This document shows positions 12,611-31,615 of a stretch of 64,000 bases of DNA, piece by piece. Positions within the stretch are counted from its first letter, which is position 1. Each line of letters starts with the position of its first letter. Origin of the DNA: the human T2T-CHM13v2.0 reference genome, Homo sapiens; the NCBI RefSeq assembly GCF_009914755.1, contig NC_060947.1. One strand, written 5' to 3'. The notes beneath the pieces were generated by a model. The model made no database searches and was not told the origin of the DNA. It saw only the letters and a program-made list of their open reading frames with translations. Made by a program: the position numbers and the translations under genes.

Positions 12611-13307
12611 TGATCACTATTGAATAGAGACTATCACTTGCTAATGCAACCTGCCACTTCAGAGATTAAAATTCTCTTAAAGAGAAAAGAGAGACTATTG
12701 TTTATTGATCAAAATTCTAAAGTTCACATCAAATATTTATCAATATGCAGAGAAAGTTTTCATAACAGAATGACTCAATGTGATGTAAAAGATAGTTTGA
12801 TAAACACTGTGAAATAATACAAGTATGGACACTTGAGTACTGAAGTATTTAAAAGCACTAAAATTGGACTGTTAAAGTCAAAATCCTTGATGAGGTGATT
12901 TCACAACTGGCATTTGAACTAATAAAAATATTATGGAAGGACAATATTATCAACTTGAAATGCATACACTTGCCTTCCCAAGACGCTTTCTGTCAATTAT
13001 TTAAAGTACAGGCTAGTTTGTGGCAAAATATCTGCTGTATGTTCTGGAAAAGTGACTTGGCAAAGGACTAGGCAAGATATTTATCATAAAACACGTATAC
13101 ATGAACAAAGTCCACCTCTAAAATGATCTTATAAAATATCTCATCTAATGATTTTAAAAGCTTTCATTATATTAATATGTTGTCTTGGAAAATTCTTATA
13201 GATGCTCATCTCTGCATATAGTCCAGCTTCTGTTAGAAAACCACTGGCCACAGTTTTCTTATCACGTATCAACTGATCAAGTATGCTCATACTATATTTA
13301 CATCTTT

Positions 13308-13582
13308 TTTTTTTTAAATTTATTTATTTTTATTATACTTTAAGTTTTAGGGTACATGTGCACATTGTGCAGGTTAGTTACATACGTATACATGTGCCAT
13401 GCTGGTGTGCTGCACCCACTAACTCGTCATCTAGCATTAGGTATATCTCCCAATGCTATCCCTCCCCCCTCCCCCCACCCCACAACAGTCCCCAGAGTGT
13501 GATGTTCCCCTTCCTGTGTCCATATGATCTCATTGTTCAATTCCCACCTATGAGTGAGAATATGCGGCGTTTGGTTTTCTGT
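13308..13582 (-). mobile_element. L1PA2-like 3' end, ~275 bp, heavily 5'-truncated
   Basis: CACCCACTAACTCGTCATCTAGCATTAGG (sense GCTAGATGACGAGTTAGTGGG, GAG class); perfect 13-bp TSD TATTTACATCTTT at 13295-13307 and 13586-13598. Confidence 0.92.
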
Positions 13583-14109
13583 ATTTATTTACATCTTTCT
13601 CTTCCTTTACATTTGTTTTCTTTCACACACTGTCTTTACTATATCCAAAAGTGGTAGTTTTCATAAAGATTTAGGATGAAGATCATCCACCTTCATTTTC
13701 TTCAGGTCATTCCTGAAGAAATTCTATCTACTAATTCTTCTATGTCATTTACTTCACTATATTCCTTTTAAATATATTTCTTTTGAATGCAGACATGCAA
13801 GCAACTCTTGTCATTTAAAAAATGAGAAAATGCTTGGTTGCATGGTCACAGAGATTTTCATGACAATCTAATTTAATCAACCTATATTTGAGTGCCTATT
13901 TTTTTTCCCAAGAAGGAGTTGATCATGCAGTAATTCAAAAACATTCATCTAATTTTTCTTTTACCTGCTCTAATTTCTACCAAATTCTGTTTAAAAATGT
14001 ATTCTATTCTTCACTATCAAAAACCACTAGACTGCACACTTTAAATAGGTGAATGGTATGGCAATTATATGTCACTGAAGCAGTTGTTTAAAAATCTACT
14101 CTGTGAAAA

Positions 14110-14360
14110 TTATTGCTATTTATTGAGCATTTCGCATATTTAGCATATGCTAAATGTTTTGCATATGTTGAATCATTTAATGTGGCACTCATAACCTATG
14201 TATCAGTAGAGTTTTTAAATCTATTTCCACAGATGAGCTGAGATTTCAAAATATTAAGTTACTTTCTAAAGGAAACATAGCTGATAAGTAATGGATCCAG
14301 GATTCCACCTAGGTTTGTTTGACTCTAAGGCCCCTATTCGTTTCACATTATCAGGCTGCC
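14110..14360 (-). mobile_element. MIR
   Basis: TTTATTGAGCAT...TTCCACAGATGAG.CTGAGATTTCA...TTAAGTTACTT...GGATTCCACCTAGGTTTGTTTGACTCTAAGGCCC. Confidence 0.75.
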
Positions 14361-14454
14361 TCTGTGCCTATCTATCTACTTAGCAGAAGTAAGCTAAACC
14401 TTATGATTTCTTACAGTTGCTTAGAGTTGAAGTTTATGAGCTTTTAAATGCTTC

Positions 14455-14493
14455 TTGTATAATACCCGAAGGCTGGAAGCAAACCAAATGTCC
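14455..14493 (+). repeat. 39-nt exact copy of 9769-9807 (templated insertion)
   Basis: TTGTATAATACCCGAAGGCTGGAAGCAAACCAAATGTCC occurs identically at both positions; flanks are unrelated. Confidence 0.9.
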
Positions 14494-14807
14494 AATTCCT
14501 TAGATTCTAGATTTCTGCTTATGGCTAGGGACGTGAAGGAACAATAGTTAGAAAAGTCCTGATTTACTTGGCTCTGGGAGATGGATTCCAATCCACTCTT
14601 CAAGAAGGGGTTTTCAACTCATACGGTTATACTCAGTAAGTATTTTTTACTCATGCCCCACAAATGGCAATGCAGACATATTTCTGTCTCTACTTTCTTG
14701 GAACTTGACATAAGCATAGGATTTATTGGATGTCTTTTTTTTCCCTGAATGCTGCTTTTCTCATACTCAATAGGTTGATTAGTCTTGAAAAATATCTTCT
14801 TTTTCAA

Positions 14808-15755
14808 ATTTTATTTTAATAGCTTTTGGGGGTACAGTGGTTTTTGGTTTTATAGATAAGTTCTTTAGTGGTGGTTTCTGAAATTTTGGTGCACCTGTTA
14901 CCCAAGCAGTGTACACTATAATCGACGTGTAGTCTTTAATCTCTCACCCACTTCCCACCCTTCTCCCTGAGTTCCCAATGGCCATTATATCATTCTTATG
15001 CTTCTGTGTCCTCATAGTTTAGCTTCCATTTATAAGTAAGAACATAGGATATTTGGTTTTCCATTCCTGAATTACTTCACTTAGAATAATGGTCTTCAGC
15101 TCCATCCAGGCTGCTGCAAATGCCATAATCTTATTTCTTTTTATGACAGAGTAGTATTCCATGTTGTACTTATACCACATTTTCTTTGTCCACTCATTGT
15201 TTGATGGGCATTTAGGTTGGTTCCATATTTTTGCAATTGCAAATTGTGCTGCTATAAACATACATGCGTAAGTGTCTTTTTCATATAATGACTTCTTTTC
15301 CTTTGGGTAGATACCCAGTAGTGGGATTGCTGGATCTAATGGTAGTTCTGCTTTTAGTTCTTAAAGGAAACTTCATACCATTTTCCACAGTGGTTGTACT
15401 AGTTTACATTCCCACCAGCAGTGTAAAAGTGTTCCATTTTCACCAAATCCATGACAGCATCTATTATTTTTTGTTCTTTAAATTATGGACTTGCAGGAGT
15501 ACGTGGGATCTCACTGTGGTTTTAATTTGCATTTCCCTGATAATTAATGGTGTTGAGCACTTTTCATGTGTTTGTTGGCCATCTGTATATCTTCTTTTGA
15601 GAATTGTCTAATCTTGTCCTTTGCCCACTTTTTGTTGGGATTATTTATTTATTTCTTGCTGATTTGTTTGAGTCCCTTGTAGATTCTGGATATTAGTTCT
15701 TTGTCAGATCCATAGTTTGCGAATATTTTCTTCCGTTCTGTAGGATGTCTGTTTA
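14808..15755 (-). mobile_element. L1PB1-like 3' portion
   Basis: TTTTAATAGCTTTTGGGGGTACAGTGGTTTTTGG...GATAAGTTCTTTAGTGGTG 3' UTR; ORF 15019-15261 MFIAAQFAIAKIWNQPKCPS. Confidence 0.88.
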
Positions 15756-16049
15756 TCTTTTTCTAAACATGCACATTATTTTGTTTTCAGCTAAGAATTC
15801 AGGATTCCTGAAGGATGGTATCTGATAGGGGGTTTGAGTAGATATCTAGGAAGGGGCTTTTCGACATTAAGACACTATGGTGGACACATGCCAATGATCT
15901 CTGATAGTGCACAGTCACCAAGCCAAATTACCATAACTTCTTATCTATGTACAAAAAGCAGGAAAAGTCAGGAGAATGCAAAGACTTCAAGTCAAATGTA
16001 TGATTGCCTCTAGGCATGGTAGCAACAATAAAGACATAGAAAATCAAAT

Positions 16050-16150
16050 ACCCTAAAATACCCTGACTTGATCATTTCACATTCTATGCATGTAATAAAA
16101 TACCACATGTCCCATAACAATTTATACATTATAATAAATAAATATAATTA
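16050..16150 (+). mobile_element. L1MA-type 3' terminal fragment
   Basis: CCCTGACTTGATCATTTCACATTCTATGCATGTAATAAAATACCACATGT followed by A-rich tail. Confidence 0.65.
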
Positions 16151-16283
16151 AAAATAATGTTTCTTTTTTGTGGCTATGAACATGTCTTTATTCTATTTAA
16201 CGAATAATAATATAATTACACACTTTTAACAATGATTTTATATTTGGTCACTTTATCTCCTAATTAATTGCCATAGAGAGGCT

Positions 16284-23027
<6,744 letters not shown>

Positions 23028-23089
23028 GAAACAAATAGTTACTTTCTAATTTTACTTTCAAATTAAAGCCAGTTTCAAATATATAAATG

Positions 23090-24176
23090 CTGCTGCCACA
23101 CTAATTAAAACCAAGCATTTTATCTTACTTAAGCTACCATTACAGTTTCCTACCTGGACTCACTGTTCTTTCTCTTGGTCCTCTACCAATCATTCTTCTC
23201 AGAGAATTAACCACAGTTAGAACATTTTCTTGGATATCTAACAGAAACTAGTTCAAAGCAGGACTCTTGATTTTGACTTCCCTTCATCCTGTTTCTTCTA
23301 CAGTGTTCTCCATCTCAGAAAATGCCACTATTATGTACATTTGCTAATACCAGAAATATGGATGTTATATACTACCACCTAGCATCTGATCCATTAATAA
23401 GTTAAGGAGATTTTACTCTAAAAAATATATTCAGAATTCAACTACTTGTCTCTACCTCCACCACTATCTCCTTAATCTAGGCAACCACCATCTCCCATAT
23501 TAACCATGGCAATAACCTTCTAACAGGTCTCAGTGTGCCATTTACACACCCCTACACACAGTCTATAGTAGTCAGTGATATATTTGAACTTAGATTATTG
23601 TCCTCCTATGATTAAAAGTGTTTGAAGAGCAGCCATTGCCATTAGATAATATTAAACACAAACTGTTATTGTCATCTTCTGGGCCCTATATGATCTAGTC
23701 CCTATCTACTTCTCAAAATCAATCTCAAACTTCTCATTCTCCCACTTACTACACTCCAGGAACATTAAAATATTGACTGCTGTTAGAACAACAAGCATCC
23801 AATGTGCTTCAGGAACTTTTATATTCTATCCTACCTCACTGGCATGTTCATACCCCAGTTCTGGCATTACTAGCTCTTTTTCATCCATTTGGTTTCAGCT
23901 TACATGAAATCTTCTCAGAGATTTCCCTGATCACTCTAAGTAGCATTTTCTACTATTGCCAGTTTGTTGAAGCACGTGCTACTGTCACTACTAAAAATTC
24001 ACAATTAGTTGGGGGATTATTTGATTAAAATCTCTCCCTCCAACGTCTTTTACATACCTCCTACACACATACTACAGTGTAAGTGCCATGACTCTCTGGT
24101 TCACCATTATATCCCCAGCTTTTAGCCCAGAGCCTAGAACAAAGTAGGTCTTCAATACCTATTTGTTGAAGTAAAG
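23090..24176 (+). mobile_element. L2 (L2a-like) fragments with 3' end
   Basis: GTTCTCCATCTCAGAAAATGCCAC, CCACTATCTCCTTAATCTAGGCAACCACCATCTCC, and 3' end AGCCTAGAACAAAGTAGGTCTTCAATACCTATTTGTTGAA. Confidence 0.75.
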
Positions 24177-24333
24177 ACACTGCCAGCTTATTTAGTCTAC
24201 CACAGAAAACATGTACCATGATGAGGCTGCGGGGAAAGAAAAAGGGAGAATAGAAGGTCCAGAAAAGAAACATTTGTAAAATTATCCACCTGAGCATCCA
24301 GAAATTCTTTCCTCCGGGAGGACACGATCTTAC

Positions 24334-24421
24334 TCATCAACTTCCTCAGGTGTCAGTAATCTTATAGGACCTTCCAGAGTGTTACTTCTAAGTAATTCAA
24401 GCCAAGAATGCACAACTGATT
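24334..24421 (-). other. Candidate 88-nt exon, one open frame (SVVHSWLELLRSNTLEGPIRLLTPEEVD)
   Basis: Acceptor CATCTTCTTATACAG, donor TGA|GTAAGA; open frame is phase-compatible with exon 25749-25796. Confidence 0.35.
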
Positions 24422-24859
24422 CTGTATAAGAAGATGTAGTTGAAACTTATCCAACTCGTATTTTTGCAACACATTTATTTATCCTCTAATTTCCCTTTAT
24501 TTTTATTAGACACACTGACTCTTAGGAATAAAACTCAAGAAACAGCAGGTCTAAATTATAGACACAGCTGAGGATGTAGGCTTGTATCCATAAAACAAGG
24601 TTTCAACATTCCAAAGGTTCCTGGACCACAAGACAATTGAACATTAATCACCAAATCAAGTTGCACTATTACTTACTGAAATTCAGGGAATAAAGATGAT
24701 TTTGTAATTCAGAATAAAAGACGTATCTGCATCACTGAAATGCCTCAATTATAGACTCATTTCATATATATATATAGTTACTTTTAGTGTCTCTAATAAC
24801 ATGATAAATAGACAAGAGTTATCTATAATAATACTCCAAACCTCATTGATATTTGAGTG

Positions 24860-25350
24860 AAGTGAACAGGAGCCAGATCAAAGTGTGCCTTATATGTCAG
24901 GCTCAAAACTTAAATTATTTTCTGAAACAATGTAGGACATTACTGAAGGGTTTTAAGTAGAGAAGCAATGAGATGAAATTTTAGATCATATCTTCTATAA
25001 AGCTCAATTTGGGAGCAATGAGAAAGGTGGATTGCAGAGGGCAGAACAATAGCAAAGAGACTATTCCAAAATTCATGTTGAAAAATAATGAACACCTGAA
25101 ACTGTGCTAGTAAGAATGGAGAAAAGGGGATAAATTTGAGCAATAATTAGGATGTAGAATCAATTAAACCTCCACAGTAAGGGGGTTGGATGTAAGAGAT
25201 AAGAAAAGAAGACAAGTAGAAGGTCGCTTCTAGGTGTCTCATTTGAGGAAGCAGGTGGATGGCAAGGCCATTTCTTCACACTTGAAGGCCACAGGAGGAG
25301 GAGCAGATTTGGGTACAAAGATCATTCTGGATATGTTAAATGGCTGGAAA
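24860..25350 (-). mobile_element. L2 fragment
   Basis: ACTGAAGGGTTTTAAGTAGAGAAGCAATGAGATGAAATTTTAGAT and GGAGGAGGAGCAGATTTGGG typical of reverse-complement L2. Confidence 0.7.
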
Positions 25351-25748
25351 TATAAAAAAGAAAATGTTTCATTCTACTTTGTATTTTAATTCTACCCTTC
25401 TAACTTTCACCCATGGATGTATAGGATTATAGTCTCACACAAAGTACAATACAGAGCCAGACACTGGGCAGGTTCTCAAATATAGTGGTTGACTTGATTT
25501 GCACACTCCATAACTCAGGCTACCTACAACAGCAACCTGGGCAAGGAGAACGGGAAGGAAGAAGATGTTCTTCTAGCCTAATGGAGCAGGGCTGAAGTCT
25601 GCAAATTATCCCTCCTGTCAGCTAAGTTCCTTGAGCTTCTGAGCAGCTGCCTGGAGAGAAGGTGGGACTATACCATTTGCAGAGGCGTCTTGGTTGTCAT
25701 GACTGCGAATTGTGCTGCAGCAAAGCTGCCTTTCCTAAACTCACTCAC

Positions 25749-25796
25749 TTGTTTCCTTCTCTGGAGCTGTACTATGGCCAAGACACATCTGTGGCC
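25749..25796 (-). other. Candidate 48-nt exon containing an ATG (MCLGHSTAPEKET)
   Basis: Acceptor CTTATTTTTCTTTCAG, donor CAA|GTGAGT (second GTGAGT 4 nt further on). Confidence 0.35.
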
Positions 25797-26889
25797 CTGA
25801 AAGAAAAATAAGTGGAACTAGCTATTTCTTCACTGGAAATTTAAATAATAGGCAAAGCAGCTCTTCAATGCTGTACCCAATTACAGCACAGCCCAATCAG
25901 CTGCCATTTGTTGGAGTAAATGGACTATTTAGGGTAAATTTTAAAATAGGGCTTGCATATCCTACTAAGATGATTTTTACCGTACAATAGTGCCATATTG
26001 TTGCTGTATTTAAAGTACTCATTTTGAGTGTGTGGAGACTGTGACAGCAACTTAGAAAATTGTTTCCACTTGCCACTTTATCATACATCCTTCAGAATGA
26101 TGCATGCCCCTTTTGCTCTCTGAACAGGCAAACAGATTCACCTATGAACAGTTAGCCTGATTTTTCACACTTTATACCCCATCAGAAGCATACATTGCCT
26201 AGGTCAGCTTCATCCTCACGGCCATTCCAGAATTCTTGACACTAGAGGTGGTCTTTACACAAAGAACAGATGTACTTTATTGACTTGGCCTTGAGACCCA
26301 AAAGATGGCTTTGGAGCCACGATGTGAAACTGCAAGGAATGAAAACCCCAGCAGAAGAAAGGAAATGTCTATTTTGGAATAGTTGGGCAATTTTAAATTC
26401 CTATGAGCTGTATGTTTACCTAGGCAGAATTGAGTCTCATTTATAGAATCCGAAAAGCTGTAGATCAGGCTATAAGCCTTGGAGCAGGGCTCTTGTCTTT
26501 GCTCTGATGTTCACTAGTTGTGCACTCTTGGGCTAGCTACTTTATCTCTTTAGATCTCATTTTTCCCACCTGAAAAGTTATGGAGCAGGAAATGATGGTC
26601 TCCATGTTTTTCCTAGAAAAAACATATTCTAAACCTAATCACATGCCTAGGCAGATGCCTACTTAATAGGTTAATAGTCCTAACCAAAACCTAATCTGCC
26701 CCCAATTAAATTTTATGTCAGTTTCCCACTGTTTTTGCAATTACTATTATTACAATAATCCTCTAAATGAAGGTAGTGTCTCCATTAGGTTCTCAACAAA
26801 TTATAAACATGTATATCTCTAAGGATCTGCTCAGAGACAAAGATCCTAAGAAAATGGAACCCAGGACAAATACATTCTACATATATACT

Positions 26890-27148
26890 CTCCAGTGGTT
26901 TCAGAGCAGGGGCCCAGGAACCTGCCATGCATCAGTTCAAATCTGAATGTCAGCTCTGCTAGCTACTTGATATGGGAATCTTTAAAAGTAATTAAACCAC
27001 TCTGTCTCAGTTTCATCATCTGTAAAATTAAGATAATAATAGTAATTGCCTTATTTGGTTGTGAGCTCATGAGATAATGCATATAAAACTTTCTACTTGG
27101 TACAGTGCCTTCACATAGGAAGTACTCAACAAGTGTTAGCTATTATTT
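26890..27148 (+). mobile_element. MIR, near full length
   Basis: CTCTGTCTCAGTTTCATCATCTGTAAAAT core and ACAGTGCCTTCACATAGGAAGTACTCAACAAGTGTTAGCTATT end. Confidence 0.85.
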
Positions 27149-27360
27149 TTTTAATGGCATTGAGCAGAATTGAAGAAGGATTATGTTACATACAGACAAG
27201 TGTCAATGTAAAATGTTATATTAAATTATCATTCATAGTATGATCTCTGAATGGCATATATGGAAAGACCTGCTGGCTGCAATATTGGACATCTCCATTT
27301 CCCAGCCTTGAAAAATAAGAGAAACTTAGTAGTTTTTACTTCTCACTTGCTCTGTATATC

Positions 27361-29275
27361 TTTAATAATTTCAGCTTTTATTTCAGATTCAGGGGGTACA
27401 TGTGCAGATTTGTTAGATGGGCATATGGTGTTTTGCTGAAGTTTGGGATACAAATAATCCCATCACCCATATAGTAAGCTTAGTAGGCAACAGTTAGATC
27501 TTCAACTTTTGCCCCCTTCCACTTTCCCCTCTCTAATAACCCCTATTGTTTATTGTTCCCAACTTTATATATTATGAGTACACAATGTTTAGTTCTCACT
27601 TATAAATGGGAACATGCAATATTTGGTTTTTAATTCCTGCATTAATTTACTTAGGATAATAAACTCCAGCTGCATCCATGCTGCTGCAAAAGTCATGATT
27701 TTGTTTTTTTTTTTTTTGGCTGCATAATATTCCATGGTGTATATATACCACATTTTCTTTATCCAATGCACCATTGATGGACACCTAGGTTGATTCCATA
27801 TCTTTGCTACTTTGAATAGTGCTGCAATGAACATATGAGTGCATGTGTCTTTTTGGTAGAATAATTTATTTTCTTTTGGATATATACCGAATAATGGGAT
27901 TGCTAGGTCAAATGGTAGCTCTGTTTTAAGTTGTTTGAAAAATCTTCAAACTGTTTCTCACAATTGCTGAACTAATTGACATTCCTACCAACAGTGTGTA
28001 AGTGTTCTGTGGCTTCCTCAGCATTTGTTGTTTTTTGACTTTTTAATAATAGCCATTCTGACTGGTATGACATGGTATTTCATTGTGGTTTTGAGTTGTA
28101 GGTCTCTGATGATTAGCAACGTTGAGCACTTCTACAAATATTTGTTGTCTGCTTGTATGTCTTCCTTTGAGAAATACCTGTTTATGTATTTTATCGACTT
28201 TTTAATGGGGCTGTTTGGTTTTTGCTTGTTCAATTGTTTAAGTTCCTTATAGATTCTGGACACTAGACCTTTGTAGGATACATAGTTTGCAAATATTTTC
28301 TTCCATTCTCTAGGTTGTCTGTTTACTCTGCTGATAGTTTCTTTTGCTGTGCCGAAGCTCTTTAGTTTAATTAGATCCTAATTGTCAATATTTGTTTAGT
28401 TGCAGTTGCTTTTGAGGACTTAATCATAAATTATTTCCCAAGGCGAATATCCAGAATGATGTTTCTTAGGTTTTTTCCTAGGGTTCTTATAGTTTGAGGT
28501 CTTACATTTAAATCATTAATCCATTTTGAGTTAATTTTTTAATATGATGAATGGTAGGAGTACAGATCCATTCTTTTGCATATAGCTAGCTACCTATCCC
28601 ATTTATTGAATAGGGAGTCCTTTCCCCATTGCTTATTTTTGTAGAATTTGTTAAAGATCAGATGGCTGTAGGGGTGTTGCTTTATTTATGGGTTATCTAT
28701 TCTGTTCCATCGTTCTATGTGTCTGTTTTTTTTAACTATACTAGGCCGTTTTGGTTATTGTAGCCTTATACTATAGTTTGAAGTGAGGTAATGTGAAGCT
28801 TCCAGCTTTATTATTTTTGCTTAGGATTACTTTCACCATTCAGGCTCTTTTTTATTTAATATGAATTTTAGAGTCATTTTTTTCTAATTCTGTGAAAAAT
28901 GATGTTGGTTGTTTGATAAACATACTGTTGAATCTGTAGATTGCTTTGGGCAGTATGGCCATTTTAATGATATTGCTTATTTCTGTCCATGAGCACGAAA
29001 TGTTTTTCCATTTGTTTGTGTCATCTCTGATTTCTTTCGGCAGTATTTTGCAATTCTTGTTGTAGAGATCTACGTACCTACTATGTACTCAGAAAAATTA
29101 TAAATTAAAATAAATAAATAAGAGATCTTTCACCTCCTCAGTTAGCTGTATTCCTGGGTGTCTCATTTTTGTGTGTGTATATGGCTATTGTGAATGGGAT
29201 AAACTACATTCTCGATTCAGCTCTCAGATTGAAACTTATTGGTGTATAGAAATGCTACTGATTTTTTATGTATGA
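27361..29275 (-). mobile_element. L1PA16/17-like 3' ~1.9 kb
   Basis: CAGCTTTTATTTCAGATTCAGGGGGTACATGTGCAG 3' end; ORF 27589-27834 MFIAALFKVAKIWNQPRCPS; continuous antisense ORF2. Confidence 0.88.
29072..29120 (+). mobile_element. ~49-bp L1MA-type 3' terminus inserted into the L1PA16
   Basis: ACCTACTATGTACTCAGAAAAATTATAAATTAAAATAAATAAATA between AGAGATCT duplicates (29064-29071, 29121-29128); same motif ends the L1MA copies at ~57630 and ~58960. Confidence 0.8.
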
Positions 29276-31039
29276 TTATAAACTACACTATACCTATTGA
29301 CTTTCCTTTTCACTTTCTATAACGAGAATGAGAGGTAACAGAACTCTTACCCTCACCCCTCCTCCACTCTATTCCTATCAAGATATCAGATCTCATACTA
29401 GGTTATCTAGTCTGGCTAGTTTTCTGCCCTATTCTTTTTTACTCAGCATATTTCACTAGAATCTCTGCTCAGTAAAAACAGTCAGTGGGGTCACATAAGC
29501 ATACTATTTCCTCTAGTACCTTCTCTAAAAAATGTAAAAGTGGAGGCTATCTCTAAATGAAGATGGGAACCCTGGTGACCAGACTTCCTTAAGAGGTATT
29601 AAAAAAAAATCAGCTGGTTTGAAGTGCTTTACTTTAGCCAACTAAACGGAAACTCATTTGATATGAAGGGGTCATTGATATGGTTAGGAGGAGAGATTTT
29701 CCCTTAAATTTAAATGACATAATTCAGGTTCATTTTACACTCTAATAGTCAATATTTTAAAAAGCGTAAGTTAAAAAATATTCATACACAGCTTTTAACC
29801 ACATTTTAGGTATAGTTCTAATTGTGACAATATGCATTCTATTGTTTGTAGAATGCCTACACATTAACATTGTCTTGAGCTTTTATTGAGGAAATCAATA
29901 ACATTTTGACATGTCAGAAATCACAGGTATTTAAGCTGTTTTTTTAAAATAACTATACATTGCTTCTATTCTATTTTAATTACCCAGAGCAAAGAACATT
30001 AGCCTAGAATGTTCTAATTGCATAGCTTCTTGTGAAACTAAAGCAGTCAATCATTGTGTTGTTGCAGAAAAAAAAAAGTGTTATGACTTGGGAAAGCCAA
30101 GTTTAAGTTTTTCATGGTACACATTTTTGAATTATTTTTCTTCATGTTGTTTTAGATAGCAATTTGTTTTAAGCAGTATTGCCCGCTGTGGACTGCAGAA
30201 TGGATTTTGAATGTCAGACTGTTTGACTCTGGATTAATTCTCTCATTTGGTGATAACTCATTTCCTGCCTCTTTAGCTAGCATTTTAAAATATCTTCATT
30301 TGGCTTTCTACTGAAGAAGGTGGGAGGGTTAAGAGAGAGCTCAAAGAAAGAGAGTTCCTTAAGAAAAAGGGTTGCTAGAGGGGGAGAAAAGAAATAAAAG
30401 ATTTAAGCCAAGATAAGAAATTGAGGTGCTCTAAAAATAAGAGGCAAAACATTCAATTTTTTTCTGGTCTAGAGAAAATCGACCAAAACATAAAATGACA
30501 TTATTTGAGTCTAGGCAGGAAGGAAGATTATCAGAAGTGCCACTTGTAGTTGTATGTTCATTAGTAAGAAATGGATCTGCTATATTCAGTTGAAAATTTG
30601 CAGCTCCCCTGGGGATGAGACTTCAGATACATGCTAATCATTTGCCTGAGCCCTTAAAAGAATTCTCAGGGCACCTTTCCTTCAGGGTTTGCACATACCT
30701 CAAATACCCTATACTTTGAAACAGATACCAAATTTCCTCTAGCTTATAATTACAGGAAATAGCCACCTGCTTAACTTCAGTGTCTTTGCCACAAAGTGAG
30801 GTTATTTTAATAAATAAATATGTTAAATAATGTATACTTTTAGAAGACTATAGACACAAGCCTCATTTACAAAAGAAATCTTAGTTTAAGGACCTTGGGA
30901 CTAGGACAGTGGTGAAGTGATTCATGGAAGCTAATTCCTACAACCTAGAAAGCAATCTGACTGGATAAGGCATTAGACTAGAATATAGAATTGTTATTCG
31001 TCAATTAGAAAATAGTAAAAAAAAAAACAAAAGAGAGAG

Positions 31040-31165
31040 AGAGGGAGAAATTAACAATACAATTTACAGTAGCATCAAAAATATGAAATATTTAGGGATA
31101 AAGCAGACTAAAGATCTGTAAGACTTGTTTACAGAAACTACAAAGTATGGCTAAGATAAATCAAT
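31040..31165 (+). mobile_element. L1M ORF2 fragment
   Basis: ATTTACAGTAGCATCAAAAATATGAAATATTTAGGGATAAA...AAGATCTGTAAGACTTG (KYLGI region). Confidence 0.65.
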
Positions 31166-31512
31166 GTACTAATTTTTTTTTTTAAATAGGAGAGGTTTTC
31201 TGTTTCTTTTTCTTCCATGTTATTTTGGGTTCAGGTTCCACCGCACTCCCTGATGAGACAGCTCAGAGTAGGTATTAATTACTTTGAGAAGCCAGGTGCA
31301 CAATTCTCCTCTATCAGCTTGTGTAATAATACTCCAGGCAGCTTATCATTATTTCTGAAGAATCTTCATGCTGTTCTGGGCTTCAACATCAAGTAGCTAA
31401 TGTCCTACAAACCTAAATGAATGAAAGGTGTCTCTAATAGAAGAAACTTTGGGCTTTAATGCAATGGGTTGTACCAAAATAAATCTTGCCCTCAAGTTCT
31501 TTCCTTTGCCAG

Positions 31513-31615
31513 TTTGAATGTTGTACTTATGATTTCTTAAAAATGAGATCCATCAGTTCTACAGAGAAGTAGCTGTACCTAGTTCCTGATGTCATGCAAG
31601 GAGGCAAGAGAAAAG
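31513..31615 (+). other. Candidate plus-strand non-coding exon (alternative donor after 31707)
   Basis: Acceptor TTCTTTCCTTTGCCAG; consensus donors AAG|GTGAGT (31616) and CAG|GTGAGT (31708); no frame open across the exon. Confidence 0.25.
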
